A stretch of DNA of 64,000 bases from Pseudomonadota bacterium. GTDB lineage: Bacteria; Desulfobacterota; Binatia; Binatales; Binataceae. A model generated the notes under the pieces. That model searched no databases, was not told where the DNA came from, and was given only the letters and a program-made list of their open reading frames with translations. Within the stretch, counting starts at the first letter, position 1. The number at the start of each line of letters is the position of its first letter. Made by a program: the position numbers and the translations under genes. Location: contig JAJPJA010000017.1 of NCBI GenBank assembly GCA_021324455.1, positions 27,273 through 91,272 on the forward strand, given 5' to 3'. Below, one piece after another: positions 8,733-18,366 of the stretch.

Positions 8733-11246
8733 CTAGCCGCCAAATGGGCCGTTTGGAGCCCCGTACGCGTTGTTGAGCAGGATGTTGGAGCCGAAGGGGT
8801 TGCGGCCGATCGATCCAAGCCCGCCCAGCGTCAACTGCACGAAAACCTGCACCTCGCTGGGATTGATCGAATCGTTCACGCCGACATCGAGAATCCAGCA
8901 GTTGCATTTGGACTTAAGCCGCACTCCGTATTCGCTGTAGAGCAGCTTGCCGTCGGCGATATCGTAAGCCGGCTCATAATACAGCCCCAGCCGATCGAAA
9001 AATTCGTAGTAGGCGCGCCCGCTGATCTGCTGGACCGCGGTGCGGCCGCCCACGAATGAGTAATTGAGCTGGAAGTACGGACCGCCGGTATAGGCGCGTC
9101 CCAGCCGCTGCTGCTGGATTGTGGGCGGCTGCACCCACGGCGGCCGAAACGCGACGAACACGGTCTCGCCCGCGAACTGCCGCGTATTGGGATTGAAATC
9201 GGTGTAGCTGCCGAGCGACGCGTAGGCGGTGGGATACACGATCGCGTTGGCCGAAATGTCCGAAAAGCGGGCACCCGAGGGCGTGAGCGCGTGCGAGGTG
9301 TCATACTCGTGCAACAGACTGAACTCGGCCAGCTCCATCACGTGTCCGTTGCCGGACTGGAAACTGGCCGGTTCCTGAGTGTTGCCGGTGTTATCCCCGC
9401 TGGAGTCGGAATTGCCGGTGTTGACGTCGGTAGGATTGCCGAACTTGCCGTAAAGACGCGAGACCACGCCCCAGGTAAACAGGCTGCGCGGTTCCACCCG
9501 GTCGGTCTCGTCGAAAATCGGCAGTTGGGACTGGTCGACCACGGGCACGTAGTTATAGGAAACCAGCGGCTCGATGGTGTGTTTAAGCTTGAGCAGGGAG
9601 CGCCACTTGAGGTCATATACGCGCTCCAAACGGCTGCCGATCGAAAAGCTGCCGTCAATCAACTCGCGATGCATCAGGCCGCCCGGCGCCAGGCTCGGAC
9701 TCTCGCTCAACTGGTTGTTGTAGTTGAGCACCTGCCCGATCTGAGGATCGAAAGTGCCGATCGGAATCACGTTGATGTTGTGGCCTGAAACGTCGTATAC
9801 GGTTTCCTCGGCGCCCACCGTTCCCCAGGCGTAAAGATAGTCCTTCAAGCGCCATGGAACGGTGAGCCGCGGATGCAGGTCAAAGCGCATGCCGTCGATG
9901 CCGTTCTCTCTGAGGTAATCGACGCCCTGAAAATCGTAGTCCACAAAGGCGGAACCGATGCCCAAATTCTGCCGTCCGCTCCACAGCAGTTCGGGCATTT
10001 TCTGCAGCGCGAATTGCTGCGCCTGGATGTAGTCCTGGATCCACATGCCGTCGAGCAGCAGATAGGAGTTCTCAAAACTCTGCTGCAGTCCGAAATCCGA
10101 ATTGCCGGTGCGCAGCAAGCCGAAAACGTTGGGGCCGTATCCGCGCGAGAGCGTATAAATATCCATATCCCGCAGGTAAACGCTGTCGCTGGTCATGATC
10201 CCGTCGGCATACGCGACCAGGTCGGGGGTGATATGTTCGCGCAAAAGACCAATCAGCCCGTAGCGGTTAATCGGGATACTGGTGTCAGCGATCTGGTTGT
10301 CGACCACCTCGTTGTTGGAACTGCTGCGGATGCTCTCATTGAAAAATCCGCCGGTCACCCGCACATAATCGTCCACCCCGTTCTGCAGCCGGTACTCGGC
10401 CATCCCGCCAATCCGCGCCGAAGTCTCGACGTCGAAGGCCACGGTGGCGTCCTGGCTGCGGTCGATGTCGATGTAGTAGGGCTGAAAGTACTGCAATCCG
10501 CGCAGCCGCGACTGCCCAATCAGCGGACTCAGCAACCCGCTCTGACGATCGGTGTTGGCGGGAAACACCGCGTAAGGCAGGTCCATCACGGTATGCCCCA
10601 GAATCTGCACCTGCGCGTCTCTCACCACGCCCCTGCCGCCCAGCGCGGCGTCGATTTCGCGTCCCGCGATACTCCATGACGGCGTGCCCGATTCGCATCC
10701 GCAGGTGGTGAAGTATCCGTCAATAACGCGGTAATGCTGGCCCAGATACTTGGTAATCTTGCGGCCCGCCAGATAGTATTCGCTGCGCTTGACGGTTACT
10801 TTGGCGTTTTCGAGCTGGCCGGTTTCGTCCTGCACGTTGACCTCGGCGCGGGAGGCGGTCACGTCGACGTCGGGGTCGGAGAGATTGACGTTGCCGTGCG
10901 CCCCCAAAATCTGATTGCGCCGGTTGAAATGCATCTCGTCCGCCTGCAGCAGCGTCGGTCCCTGGCGCAGGCGGGCGCTGCCGCGCGCGATGAAGGTATC
11001 GGTTTTGGAATCGTAAATGAATTCGTTGCCGCTCAGATCGATCTTGCCGCTATGGCTTGAGCGGAATCCGGTCAGCCCCTGCAGGTCCTGCCCATAGCTC
11101 GCCCCCGCCGCCGCCAGGGTCAACCACAGGGCGTACAGCAGCGATGGTCTAAGCAGCTTCAGGGAACAACCTTGTGCGGCCCTGTGCCGCCAGGAAATGG
11201 GGATAGACCTCACCCACCAGGTAAACGGAACCGGTAACCAGCACAA
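8733..11246 (-). CDS. lptD: LPS-assembly protein LptD (start uncertain, probably about 11160-11215)
   Basis: Signal-like N-terminus, OstA beta-jellyroll region, FTTC motif, RQSGLLSP..G, KHTIEP, terminal CNCW...LGGLG. Confidence 0.85.
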   Translation of the reverse strand: MCWLPVPFTWWVRSIPISWRHRAAQGCSLKLLRPSLLYALWLTLAAAGASYGQDLQGLTGFRSSHSGKIDLSGNEFIYDSKTDTFIARGSARLRQGPTLLQADEMHFNRRNQILGAHGNVNLSDPDVDVTASRAEVNVQDETGQLENAKVTVKRSEYYLAGRKITKYLGQHYRVIDGYFTTCGCESGTPSWSIAGREIDAALGGRGVVRDAQVQILGHTVMDLPYAVFPANTDRQSGLLSPLIGQSRLRGLQYFQPYYIDIDRSQDATVAFDVETSARIGGMAEYRLQNGVDDYVRVTGGFFNESIRSSSNNEVVDNQIADTSIPINRYGLIGLLREHITPDLVAYADGIMTSDSVYLRDMDIYTLSRGYGPNVFGLLRTGNSDFGLQQSFENSYLLLDGMWIQDYIQAQQFALQKMPELLWSGRQNLGIGSAFVDYDFQGVDYLRENGIDGMRFDLHPRLTVPWRLKDYLYAWGTVGAEETVYDVSGHNINVIPIGTFDPQIGQVLNYNNQLSESPSLAPGGLMHRELIDGSFSIGSRLERVYDLKWRSLLKLKHTIEPLVSYNYVPVVDQSQLPIFDETDRVEPRSLFTWGVVSRLYGKFGNPTDVNTGNSDSSGDNTGNTQEPASFQSGNGHVMELAEFSLLHEYDTSHALTPSGARFSDISANAIVYPTAYASLGSYTDFNPNTRQFAGETVFVAFRPPWVQPPTIQQQRLGRAYTGGPYFQLNYSFVGGRTAVQQISGRAYYEFFDRLGLYYEPAYDIADGKLLYSEYGVRLKSKCNCWILDVGVNDSINPSEVQVFVQLTLGGLGSIGRNPFGSNILLNNAYGAPNGPFGG

Positions 11247-12456
11247 AGTCCTCCTCGCACGCCTCCGCCATCACCCGAGCGACGGCTTCGGACGGTTCGC
11301 GGATCACCCGGACCGGCGCAAAAGCAGCGAAATGCTCGACCAGACGTTCCGGATCCAGCGGACGTTTGGGCTTGACCCGGGTCAGGGTCACGTCGCGTAC
11401 CCGGGGCCCCAGCAGTTGCGCCATCCGCGGCCAGTTCTTGTCGGACAGACAACCGAAAATCAGCCGCGCACGCGCCTGCGGACCCAACTCCGACGCGATC
11501 GTGTCCAGCAGAGCCTCGACGCTCAGCTCATTATGCGCACAATCCAGCACCACCAGGGGCCGGCGCTGGACGACGTCGAAACGGCCCGGCCAATAGACTT
11601 CGCGCAAGCCGCGGCGGATTGAATCCTCTCCGATCCGCCATCCCATCGACCGCAACGCCTCGATCGCGGCCAGCGCTATCGCGGCATTCTCATGCTGAAA
11701 GCGCCCCGCCACGCCCAATTCCACCGCTCCCATATTGATCCCAAGCCCATGGTAGTCAAGCCGATGCTCGGGGGAATGTGAACAATAGGTGAAGTCGCGC
11801 TCGATCAACATCGCCGGACTGCGGCGCTGGCTGGCGATATCGACCAGGGTCGCGCGTGCTTCCGGGTCGCGCGCGCCAATCACGACCGGGGCGCCGGGCT
11901 TGATGATGCCGCCTTTTTCCGCCGCTATCGACCGTAGTGTGTAGCCCAAATACTCCATGTGGTCGAATCCGATCGGCGTAATCACGCTCAGCAGCGGGCG
12001 CACCACGTTGGTCGAATCCAGCCGCCCGCCCAGCCCGGTCTCGACCACCGCGATATCGATCCCGGTTTCGGCGAAATACAGGAACATCAGGGCCACGGTG
12101 AATTCAAAGAAGGTCAGCGCCAGCCCAGCGCGTTCATATATGCCGCGCAGACGTTCGATATATTCGAGCATCTGCGCCGGCGCCATCTCGGCGCCGGCGA
12201 TGCGGGTGCGTTCGGTCAGATGCACCAGGTGGGGCTTGGTGTACAGCCCGGTGCGGTAACCGGCGGCGCGCAGACAACTGTCGAGCATCGCGGCCACCGA
12301 CCCCTTGCCCTTGGTGCCGGCGATATGAACCACCTTAAGCCGCAGATGCGGATTGCCGATCCGCTCCAACGCCTGGTCCATCCGCTCCAGCTTGTAGATC
12401 TCGCCGCGCGCTTCGAGTGAATAAAGCCAGTCCAAAGTCTGCTGCAGCCGTTCCAT
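11149..12456 (-). CDS. folC: Dihydrofolate synthase/folylpolyglutamate synthase
   Basis: HIAGTKGKGS, ETGLGGRLDSTN, WPGR, LDCAHN, TGSVYLVG; follows accD. Confidence 0.96.
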   Translation of the reverse strand: MERLQQTLDWLYSLEARGEIYKLERMDQALERIGNPHLRLKVVHIAGTKGKGSVAAMLDSCLRAAGYRTGLYTKPHLVHLTERTRIAGAEMAPAQMLEYIERLRGIYERAGLALTFFEFTVALMFLYFAETGIDIAVVETGLGGRLDSTNVVRPLLSVITPIGFDHMEYLGYTLRSIAAEKGGIIKPGAPVVIGARDPEARATLVDIASQRRSPAMLIERDFTYCSHSPEHRLDYHGLGINMGAVELGVAGRFQHENAAIALAAIEALRSMGWRIGEDSIRRGLREVYWPGRFDVVQRRPLVVLDCAHNELSVEALLDTIASELGPQARARLIFGCLSDKNWPRMAQLLGPRVRDVTLTRVKPKRPLDPERLVEHFAAFAPVRVIREPSEAVARVMAEACEEDFVLVTGSVYLVGEVYPHFLAAQGRTRLFPEAA

Positions 12457-12541
12457 TCGGCTGCCTATTGTAGCCGTGACCGACGCCGGTTCAAAGCACA
12501 AGAGCTTACCGCTATGCACTGAAGTTGCCGCGGCGCCGCCA

Positions 12542-13372
12542 TCAGCGCCGCGGGCGCAGGATGCTCAGGAGATGAGCCAGTGTCTGGCGCATCTGATGGC
12601 GCGGCACGATGGCGTCGAGCATCCCGTGCGCGAGCAGGAATTCGGCTTTCTGAAAATCCTCGGGTAAACGCTGATTGATGGTCTGTTCGATTACGCGGCG
12701 GCCGGCAAAGCCAATCAGGGCGCCGGGTTCGGCCAGATTCAGATCCCCCAGCATCGCGAACGACGCCGCCACCCCGCCGGTGGTCGGGTCGCAGCAAACC
12801 GATATATAAGGCACGCGCGCGTCGCGCAGCCGCGCGATCGCCGACGACACCTTCGCCATCTGCATCAGCGACAGCGCTCCTTCCTGCATCCGCGCCCCGC
12901 CCGACGCGCTGAACACCACCGCCGCAACCCGCCTGGCGCGGGCATGGACGAACAGCCGCGCCATCTTCTCGCCCACCACGATTCCCATGCTGCCGCCCAT
13001 GAAGTTGAAGTCCATCACGCCCAGCGCAACCGGGCGTCCTTCGATCCGGCAGGTGCCGATCACGGCGGCGTCGCCGCGGCCGCTGGCGCCGCGCGCCTGC
13101 ATCAGCCGTTCCGGATAGGCTTTGGAATCGCGGAATTCAAGCGGGTCGCCGCCGGCCAGACCCGGGTACAGTTCGCGCCACGAACCGCGGTCGGCGGTGA
13201 TCGCCAGGCGCTGCTCGACGGTCAGCCGATGATGATAGCCGCATTTCAGACAGACGTTGAGATTGCGCTCGACTTCCTTGCGAAACGCGATCTCGCGGCA
13301 TCCGGGACACTTGACCCACAAATCCTCGGGCGGCGAGGGCTGCGGCGCTTCTGTGCGTGGCATCGTCGGCAT
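12542..13372 (-). CDS. accD: Acetyl-CoA carboxylase carboxyltransferase beta subunit
   Basis: LWVKCPGC..C..C zinc finger, FMGGSMG, SGGARMQEG, GFAGRRVIEQT. Confidence 0.97.
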   Translation of the reverse strand: MPTMPRTEAPQPSPPEDLWVKCPGCREIAFRKEVERNLNVCLKCGYHHRLTVEQRLAITADRGSWRELYPGLAGGDPLEFRDSKAYPERLMQARGASGRGDAAVIGTCRIEGRPVALGVMDFNFMGGSMGIVVGEKMARLFVHARARRVAAVVFSASGGARMQEGALSLMQMAKVSSAIARLRDARVPYISVCCDPTTGGVAASFAMLGDLNLAEPGALIGFAGRRVIEQTINQRLPEDFQKAEFLLAHGMLDAIVPRHQMRQTLAHLLSILRPRR

Positions 13373-13487
13373 CAGGGAATACTGTGCAGGAAAGCGAAGT
13401 TTTGTTTCAAGCCGTATGTCCGGCCTCAAAGCAACTGCCGGATGCGCTTGACGCCGCCGGCATCGGCGCCGGTACCCGCCCCAAGCT

Positions 13488-13946
13488 CTAAGCTGGGGGC
13501 GGGTTGAGATGCCACAGGACGTGCAGGCAGTAGCTCTTGATGCGCCATCCCTGCGCCGTGCGGATCAGATCGTGGGTATAGAATCCGCCCATGTCGTAAA
13601 TCGGGTCGCCCGGCTTCCAGCCGTGGACGAAATGGCGCGCCTGCATATACACCACGCATTTGGCCCGATCGCCGGCAACCTCGATTTTCGGATTGGTGAG
13701 CACGTGCTGGGTCACCGCGAATTTGGAAATGCGGCGGATGATGATGCTGGCCCATTTGTCGGCGCTGAGCGTGGCCGGCTTGCTGGCGCCAAAGCTCCCG
13801 CCGACCCCGTCAACCGTGATTTCATCGGCCCAGATCGAGCGAAACAGCTTTTCGTCCTTTTGGTCGACGCCGGTGGCGTAGTTGTATACCACCTCGGCGA
13901 TTTCGGCCCGGTCCAGCAGCAGCTGCAGCTTTTCCTGGTCGGTCAT
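13488..13946 (-). CDS. SnoaL/NTF2-like family protein
   Basis: LLDRAEIAE..Y..GVD, TQHVLTN, GFYTHDLIRT..GWRI; GGAGG SD. Confidence 0.88.
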   Translation of the reverse strand: MTDQEKLQLLLDRAEIAEVVYNYATGVDQKDEKLFRSIWADEITVDGVGGSFGASKPATLSADKWASIIIRRISKFAVTQHVLTNPKIEVAGDRAKCVVYMQARHFVHGWKPGDPIYDMGGFYTHDLIRTAQGWRIKSYCLHVLWHLNPPPA

Positions 13947-14324
13947 TCGCGTTTTCCTCCAGATGCTTGCGGTCTGTCAGCTTGGCAACATGGAGCAGTG
14001 TGCGCTTATATTATGGTTTGGGGTCAATCGCAACCTGACTGCGCGGTGGTTGAGGCGGGTTGGAGGGACTCGTTCGGGGCCGCAGACAGACTCTTGAGAG
14101 CTTATCTTATTGAAACTTTCGGTGGCGCTGTTAAGCTGCGGCCAGCGTGCCATGGTTCTGGTGTTAATGTCATTTGACGACCGTAATACGTGCAACGGCT
14201 GCCTGCGGGTCCCAAATTTGCCGGATTCGATGAACCTGTTCTCATCTGTTAAAATTTAGTACGATTTTAATGGAATGGCGTCCTCAATTGACAAATCAGG
14301 CCGATTTTCTATTCGGATGTTCAG

Positions 14325-15113
14325 ATGAACAAAAACCCCGCCGCGACGGATAAGGTGGTCAGATCGGTGCTCGCGAAAGCTGGAGTGCTGGGCGCGCGCG
14401 AACTCGCCGCCTGGAAGCGTCCTCAGGACGATATCCGCAGACTGAGCCAGCGCGACTACGCCGCCAGTTTGCGGCGTCATCTGAGTTCCGCCCGGGTGGA
14501 CGCGCTGGTGCGCCGGGCACGCGAGGTGTGGCCGCATTTCAACCGCGCCGTGCTGGGACCGCCCTCACAGGAGTTCTTTGCCAGCGCCGCCGACGCTTTG
14601 CAGCTGCATATCAAGGCGGCGCGCTATCGAAGCCTGGCGTTGTATGGATTTTATGTCGATCGGGCGGGTACGATGCTGACCAAGCCGTTGATTTTCGTCA
14701 ACAGCGCGCATCATGCGCTGGCGATCGGAACGGCCTTTTGCCACGAAGTGGGTCATCATTTCTCCGCCGAAGTGACCAAACCGAAGTCCGCCAGGATCAG
14801 GTTCTATTTCGACGCCGCCTACAGCGCCCATCTGCGCGACGAAGGCGAGCTGTTTGCCGACGTGGTGGTGTCGTTGGCGGGTTATCCGAAAACGGCGGCG
14901 GGGCGGATTTTTACCAAACCCGAGCGCCGGAAAATCGCGCAAAAGGGCGGCCTCGATGAAGCCCTGATCCAGCGCATCCGGGACCATCTGGGCGGCTCCT
15001 ACGGATTCGATTTCTCGGCCGCGCTCTCACCGCGTCAAAATCTGCAGTACCTGGCCGGGATGCTTCATTACGCCAAGCTGCGTTCGGCGCTGCTGGAGGA
15101 ATTCGACGTCTGA
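14325..15113 (+). CDS. Hypothetical protein with HExxH Zn-metallopeptidase motif (IrrE/ImmA-like)
   Basis: GFY...IFVNS...AFCHEVGHH...ELFAD motif order. Confidence 0.6.
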   Translation: MNKNPAATDKVVRSVLAKAGVLGARELAAWKRPQDDIRRLSQRDYAASLRRHLSSARVDALVRRAREVWPHFNRAVLGPPSQEFFASAADALQLHIKAARYRSLALYGFYVDRAGTMLTKPLIFVNSAHHALAIGTAFCHEVGHHFSAEVTKPKSARIRFYFDAAYSAHLRDEGELFADVVVSLAGYPKTAAGRIFTKPERRKIAQKGGLDEALIQRIRDHLGGSYGFDFSAALSPRQNLQYLAGMLHYAKLRSALLEEFDV

Positions 15114-15135
15114 CCGGTTGCCGCACCCGATATCC

Positions 15136-15960
15136 CTAAGCTTTGGTCCCGACTGCGGTAAAGCACAAAAGGCATCCGAAAAACCGTCCCGCGTTCTGAC
15201 GCCGCTTCAAATCGGCAAACCACCGCCGGGCATCTTTAGCGCTGATCACGCCCCGCTGGACCGCCGCTTTCGCGGTGGCGTCCAGCCGCAGCAGCTTGGT
15301 CGCGTTGGTCAGGTCATAGGAGACCAGCGGCGTGGGAATAATCAGCACGTCGCGCAGGCCCCTGGTCTTGAGCAGACCCAGAAGGGAGCGGCCGATCCAG
15401 GACGATTGGATGCTGTCGGCCAGAGTCAGAACAATACTTCGGGTAGTGGCGCGATCCTCCGCGTCGATTATCAGGGTCGAATGGTCGGGTTCGAACAGCA
15501 CCACTCGGCCGCCCCGTTTGACTACCCGCACCATCTCCGCAATCGCCCGCGGCGGGTCGGCAAGATGCTGCAGAACTCGTTCTGACCAGCAGGCGGCGAA
15601 GCTGTTGTCGGGGAGGTCGAGTTGATGAGCGTCGCCGACGGCGAATCGGATCGATCGCCCGAATTTCCGCGAGCGTTTGCGCGCCTGCGCGATCATCGCC
15701 GCGCTGGAATCGATACCCACCACCTTTCCGCGCGGCGTGACGTACGGCACCAACTCGCGCGAATCCTCTCCCAGACCGCAGCCGAGGTCCAACACCGTGT
15801 CGCCCGGATGCAGGTTGAGCAGGTCGTAACGGGCCCGGCTTAGATCTCTTAAGCGTGCTGCCGTATGTTCCAGGTAACTGACATACTGCGACGCTTCGCC
15901 GATCGCGTCGAGATTGCTGAAGCCGCCGGGATCGAAAGTGGATCGCGAAGTCTTAGGCAT
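15136..15960 (-). CDS. Class I SAM-dependent methyltransferase
   Basis: VLDLGCGLG, GIDSS, GDAHQL, ERVLQH, VVKRGG. Confidence 0.92.
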   Translation of the reverse strand: MPKTSRSTFDPGGFSNLDAIGEASQYVSYLEHTAARLRDLSRARYDLLNLHPGDTVLDLGCGLGEDSRELVPYVTPRGKVVGIDSSAAMIAQARKRSRKFGRSIRFAVGDAHQLDLPDNSFAACWSERVLQHLADPPRAIAEMVRVVKRGGRVVLFEPDHSTLIIDAEDRATTRSIVLTLADSIQSSWIGRSLLGLLKTRGLRDVLIIPTPLVSYDLTNATKLLRLDATAKAAVQRGVISAKDARRWFADLKRRQNAGRFFGCLLCFTAVGTKA

Positions 15961-16293
15961 GGGCGATGTTCTTCATGTTCCTCAAGTTTACACAATTTGT
16001 GCTTATGCTGTCCATGAGGCGCAACTACGAGTTTTTTTGCGGCAACCGCCCGCGGCTCGGCGGCCCCGTATAGTCTATCGATGCGGGCGCGGATGCGAAG
16101 CCATAGGAAAAAAGCGTCCGCAGGCGCGCAAGCTTCAGTCTGCCGTGCGCGCCTTGAAGAAGATTGGGCCGACCTGGTTTTTGCGTTCAGGCTGTTGGGC
16201 CAGTAAGACAAACAAAAGTGGACGCCGCCGCACGGAATTATAACATGTCGTCCAGCGGCGCCGTACTTGAGCTACCGGCCCGGGGGGATGGTT

Positions 16294-17313
16294 TCAGGAT
16301 TTGGCGTGTGGCGTGCCCAGGTAGGGAAACTCCTTGAGCGTGTCGGTATGCGGTTTGAGACCGTCCGGCGGGATGGCGCCTTTGGAGATAAACTCCAGCC
16401 GATGCGCCACCACATGATCGGTGAAGGTGCGTCCGTTGGGAAATCCGGCCGGTTTGGACGGATTGTAGCGCATCACATCGGGCAGCAGCCGATCCGCGTC
16501 GATCGCCGCGATCGCTTCCTCGCGGGTGTAGTTGCCCGTGTGTCCCAGCACGTGAACGAATTGATCCAGGAAGCGTTCGCGGTCGTATATCGGCTCGCAC
16601 GCATTGTAGGCTTCCTTGGTTTCGTCGGTATTGAAGAAGCTGGCCACGGTCGGATTGCCGTCGCGGTCGACATGGACCAGTTGACCGTTGCGGCGCACGG
16701 AGCAGCGGCCCCAGATACTGACTTCGGGTTTTGCGCCCAGCGTGCCGGTCGGCATTTCCAGGACCATCGCGAAGACGTTCTCGTTGGCCAGGCGGTCCTT
16801 GCCGGTCCACGGCGATTTGCCGCCCAGACGGGGTTTTTCCGTGAAATTCCTCCCGCCCTGCGCGTCGAACAGTTGCAGGATACCGTCGAAGTCGACGAAA
16901 AACGCGTCGCTGCGAAGCCCGGCGAAAAATGTATATGGACCCGCTTTGACGATGTTCGGTTTGGCCCCGAAAGAGCATTCGGCGTCGCTGATTATCTTCT
17001 CTCCCACCGCTTCGGGAGAACGCGCCTCGGCTCCCACGGCTAGGTACACGCTGCCGGTCTGCCGCCCGCCCTGCGATTTGGCAAACACGAAGCTGATTGC
17101 CACATCAGTAAGCAGGTCGCCGTCGTTGTCGATATTGATCCGGTAGATGGCATCGGGATGGAAGTCCGCGGCTTCGGCAAATGTGTTGCAGTTGAGAATC
17201 AGTACGGTCCGATTCGGGTCGGCCGGCGCCTGAAAGGCGTAGAGGTCGGTGAGGTCGAGTCGTTGATCTCCGGCCGGGGGGCCAAGCTTAAGTCCGGTGA
17301 AGTGATTTGACAT
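16294..17313 (-). CDS. DUF4331 family protein
   Basis: MSNH...DLTDLYAF, FFAGLRSDAFFVD, DRDGNP, FPNGRTFTD, FPYLGTP. Confidence 0.85.
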   Translation of the reverse strand: MSNHFTGLKLGPPAGDQRLDLTDLYAFQAPADPNRTVLILNCNTFAEAADFHPDAIYRINIDNDGDLLTDVAISFVFAKSQGGRQTGSVYLAVGAEARSPEAVGEKIISDAECSFGAKPNIVKAGPYTFFAGLRSDAFFVDFDGILQLFDAQGGRNFTEKPRLGGKSPWTGKDRLANENVFAMVLEMPTGTLGAKPEVSIWGRCSVRRNGQLVHVDRDGNPTVASFFNTDETKEAYNACEPIYDRERFLDQFVHVLGHTGNYTREEAIAAIDADRLLPDVMRYNPSKPAGFPNGRTFTDHVVAHRLEFISKGAIPPDGLKPHTDTLKEFPYLGTPHAKS

Positions 17314-17469
17314 CCTATTCCTCCCCCAAGCCGAATCTGGCTGTCTATATCATTATTTCAACTGAATGTAGGCTAAACGGCGAAAGCTTTCAAGCTTCAA
17401 TCTGAATCCTCGCGCCGCTGACTATCCGCCCAAAGCACGCCAGAGTCGGTTTTGGATCATGCGATGCGC

Positions 17470-18261
17470 TCAGCTTCGCCGGAATCGCGGCGGACGCTTT
17501 TCGCTCAACGCCCGCAGCGCCTCCTTGAAGTCCTCCGAGCGGCTCATCCGGCGCGTGGTGGCCTCGTTTTCGGCCAGCGCCTGCCTCAGATCGATAACCT
17601 GATGCCGGTAGAACAGATGCTTGGCTTGCGCCACACCCAACGGGGAGCAGTTGTCGGCGATATCGCGCGCTATCGCCTGCGCCGCCGCCACCAGCTGATG
17701 GTCGGGTACCACGCGGTTGACCAGCTTGAGTTCCAGGGCTTCGCGGGCGCCGACCATGCGTCCGCTGAGGCCCATCTCCAATGCCGGGGCGAAGCCGATC
17801 ATGCGCGGCAGCAGCCATGACGCGCCCAGCTCCGGCGCCAGACCGCGGCGGACGAAAATCATCGACATCTTTGCGCTTTCCGCCGCGACCCGGATGTCGA
17901 AGTACAACGCCATTGAGAAGCCGATTCCGACGCAATGGCCGTTAAGCGCGCCGATCACCGGCTTGTTCAGCTCGGTCAGGTAAACGAACATGGCCTGGCG
18001 CTCTTCCGGCATCCCGGCCCACGCTTCTTTGCCGCCCTTGCTGATGGTCTTCAGGTCGTCGGCGTCAAGCCCGGCGCAGAACGATTTGCCGGCCCCCGTA
18101 ACAACTATGGCGCCGATCGAGTCGTCGGCTTCGGCGTCAGCGATGGCAGCGCGCATCTCGCGATGCATGGTCCAGGTAAAGGCGTTGAGACGCGCGGGCC
18201 GATTAAGCGTTATGGTGGCGGCACCGCCGCTCTTTTCATAAATGATCTGGCTGAAATCCAT
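17470..18261 (-). CDS. Enoyl-CoA hydratase/isomerase family protein
   Basis: ITLNRPARLNA, FCAGLD, KPVIGALNG, EKRPPRF. Confidence 0.95.
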   Translation of the reverse strand: MDFSQIIYEKSGGAATITLNRPARLNAFTWTMHREMRAAIADAEADDSIGAIVVTGAGKSFCAGLDADDLKTISKGGKEAWAGMPEERQAMFVYLTELNKPVIGALNGHCVGIGFSMALYFDIRVAAESAKMSMIFVRRGLAPELGASWLLPRMIGFAPALEMGLSGRMVGAREALELKLVNRVVPDHQLVAAAQAIARDIADNCSPLGVAQAKHLFYRHQVIDLRQALAENEATTRRMSRSEDFKEALRALSEKRPPRFRRS

Positions 18262-18366
18262 GGCGACACTCCGGGACGATCCGTGCGATCATAGCGGCCG
18301 CGCGAACACCGAGTCCAAACGCGCGGGTCTGGAGCGGCCGCAGTTCATCGGCTAGCATTCGGACCG

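Noticed and set aside
13977-14195. Short minus-strand ORFs as a possible peptide substrate or repressor for the HExxH protein
   Set aside because: No HTH pattern, no clear SD and no precursor-peptide features.
15849-16243. Small ORFs between the methyltransferase and DUF4331 genes
   Set aside because: They overlap the methyltransferase start and have no motifs; probably promoter region.
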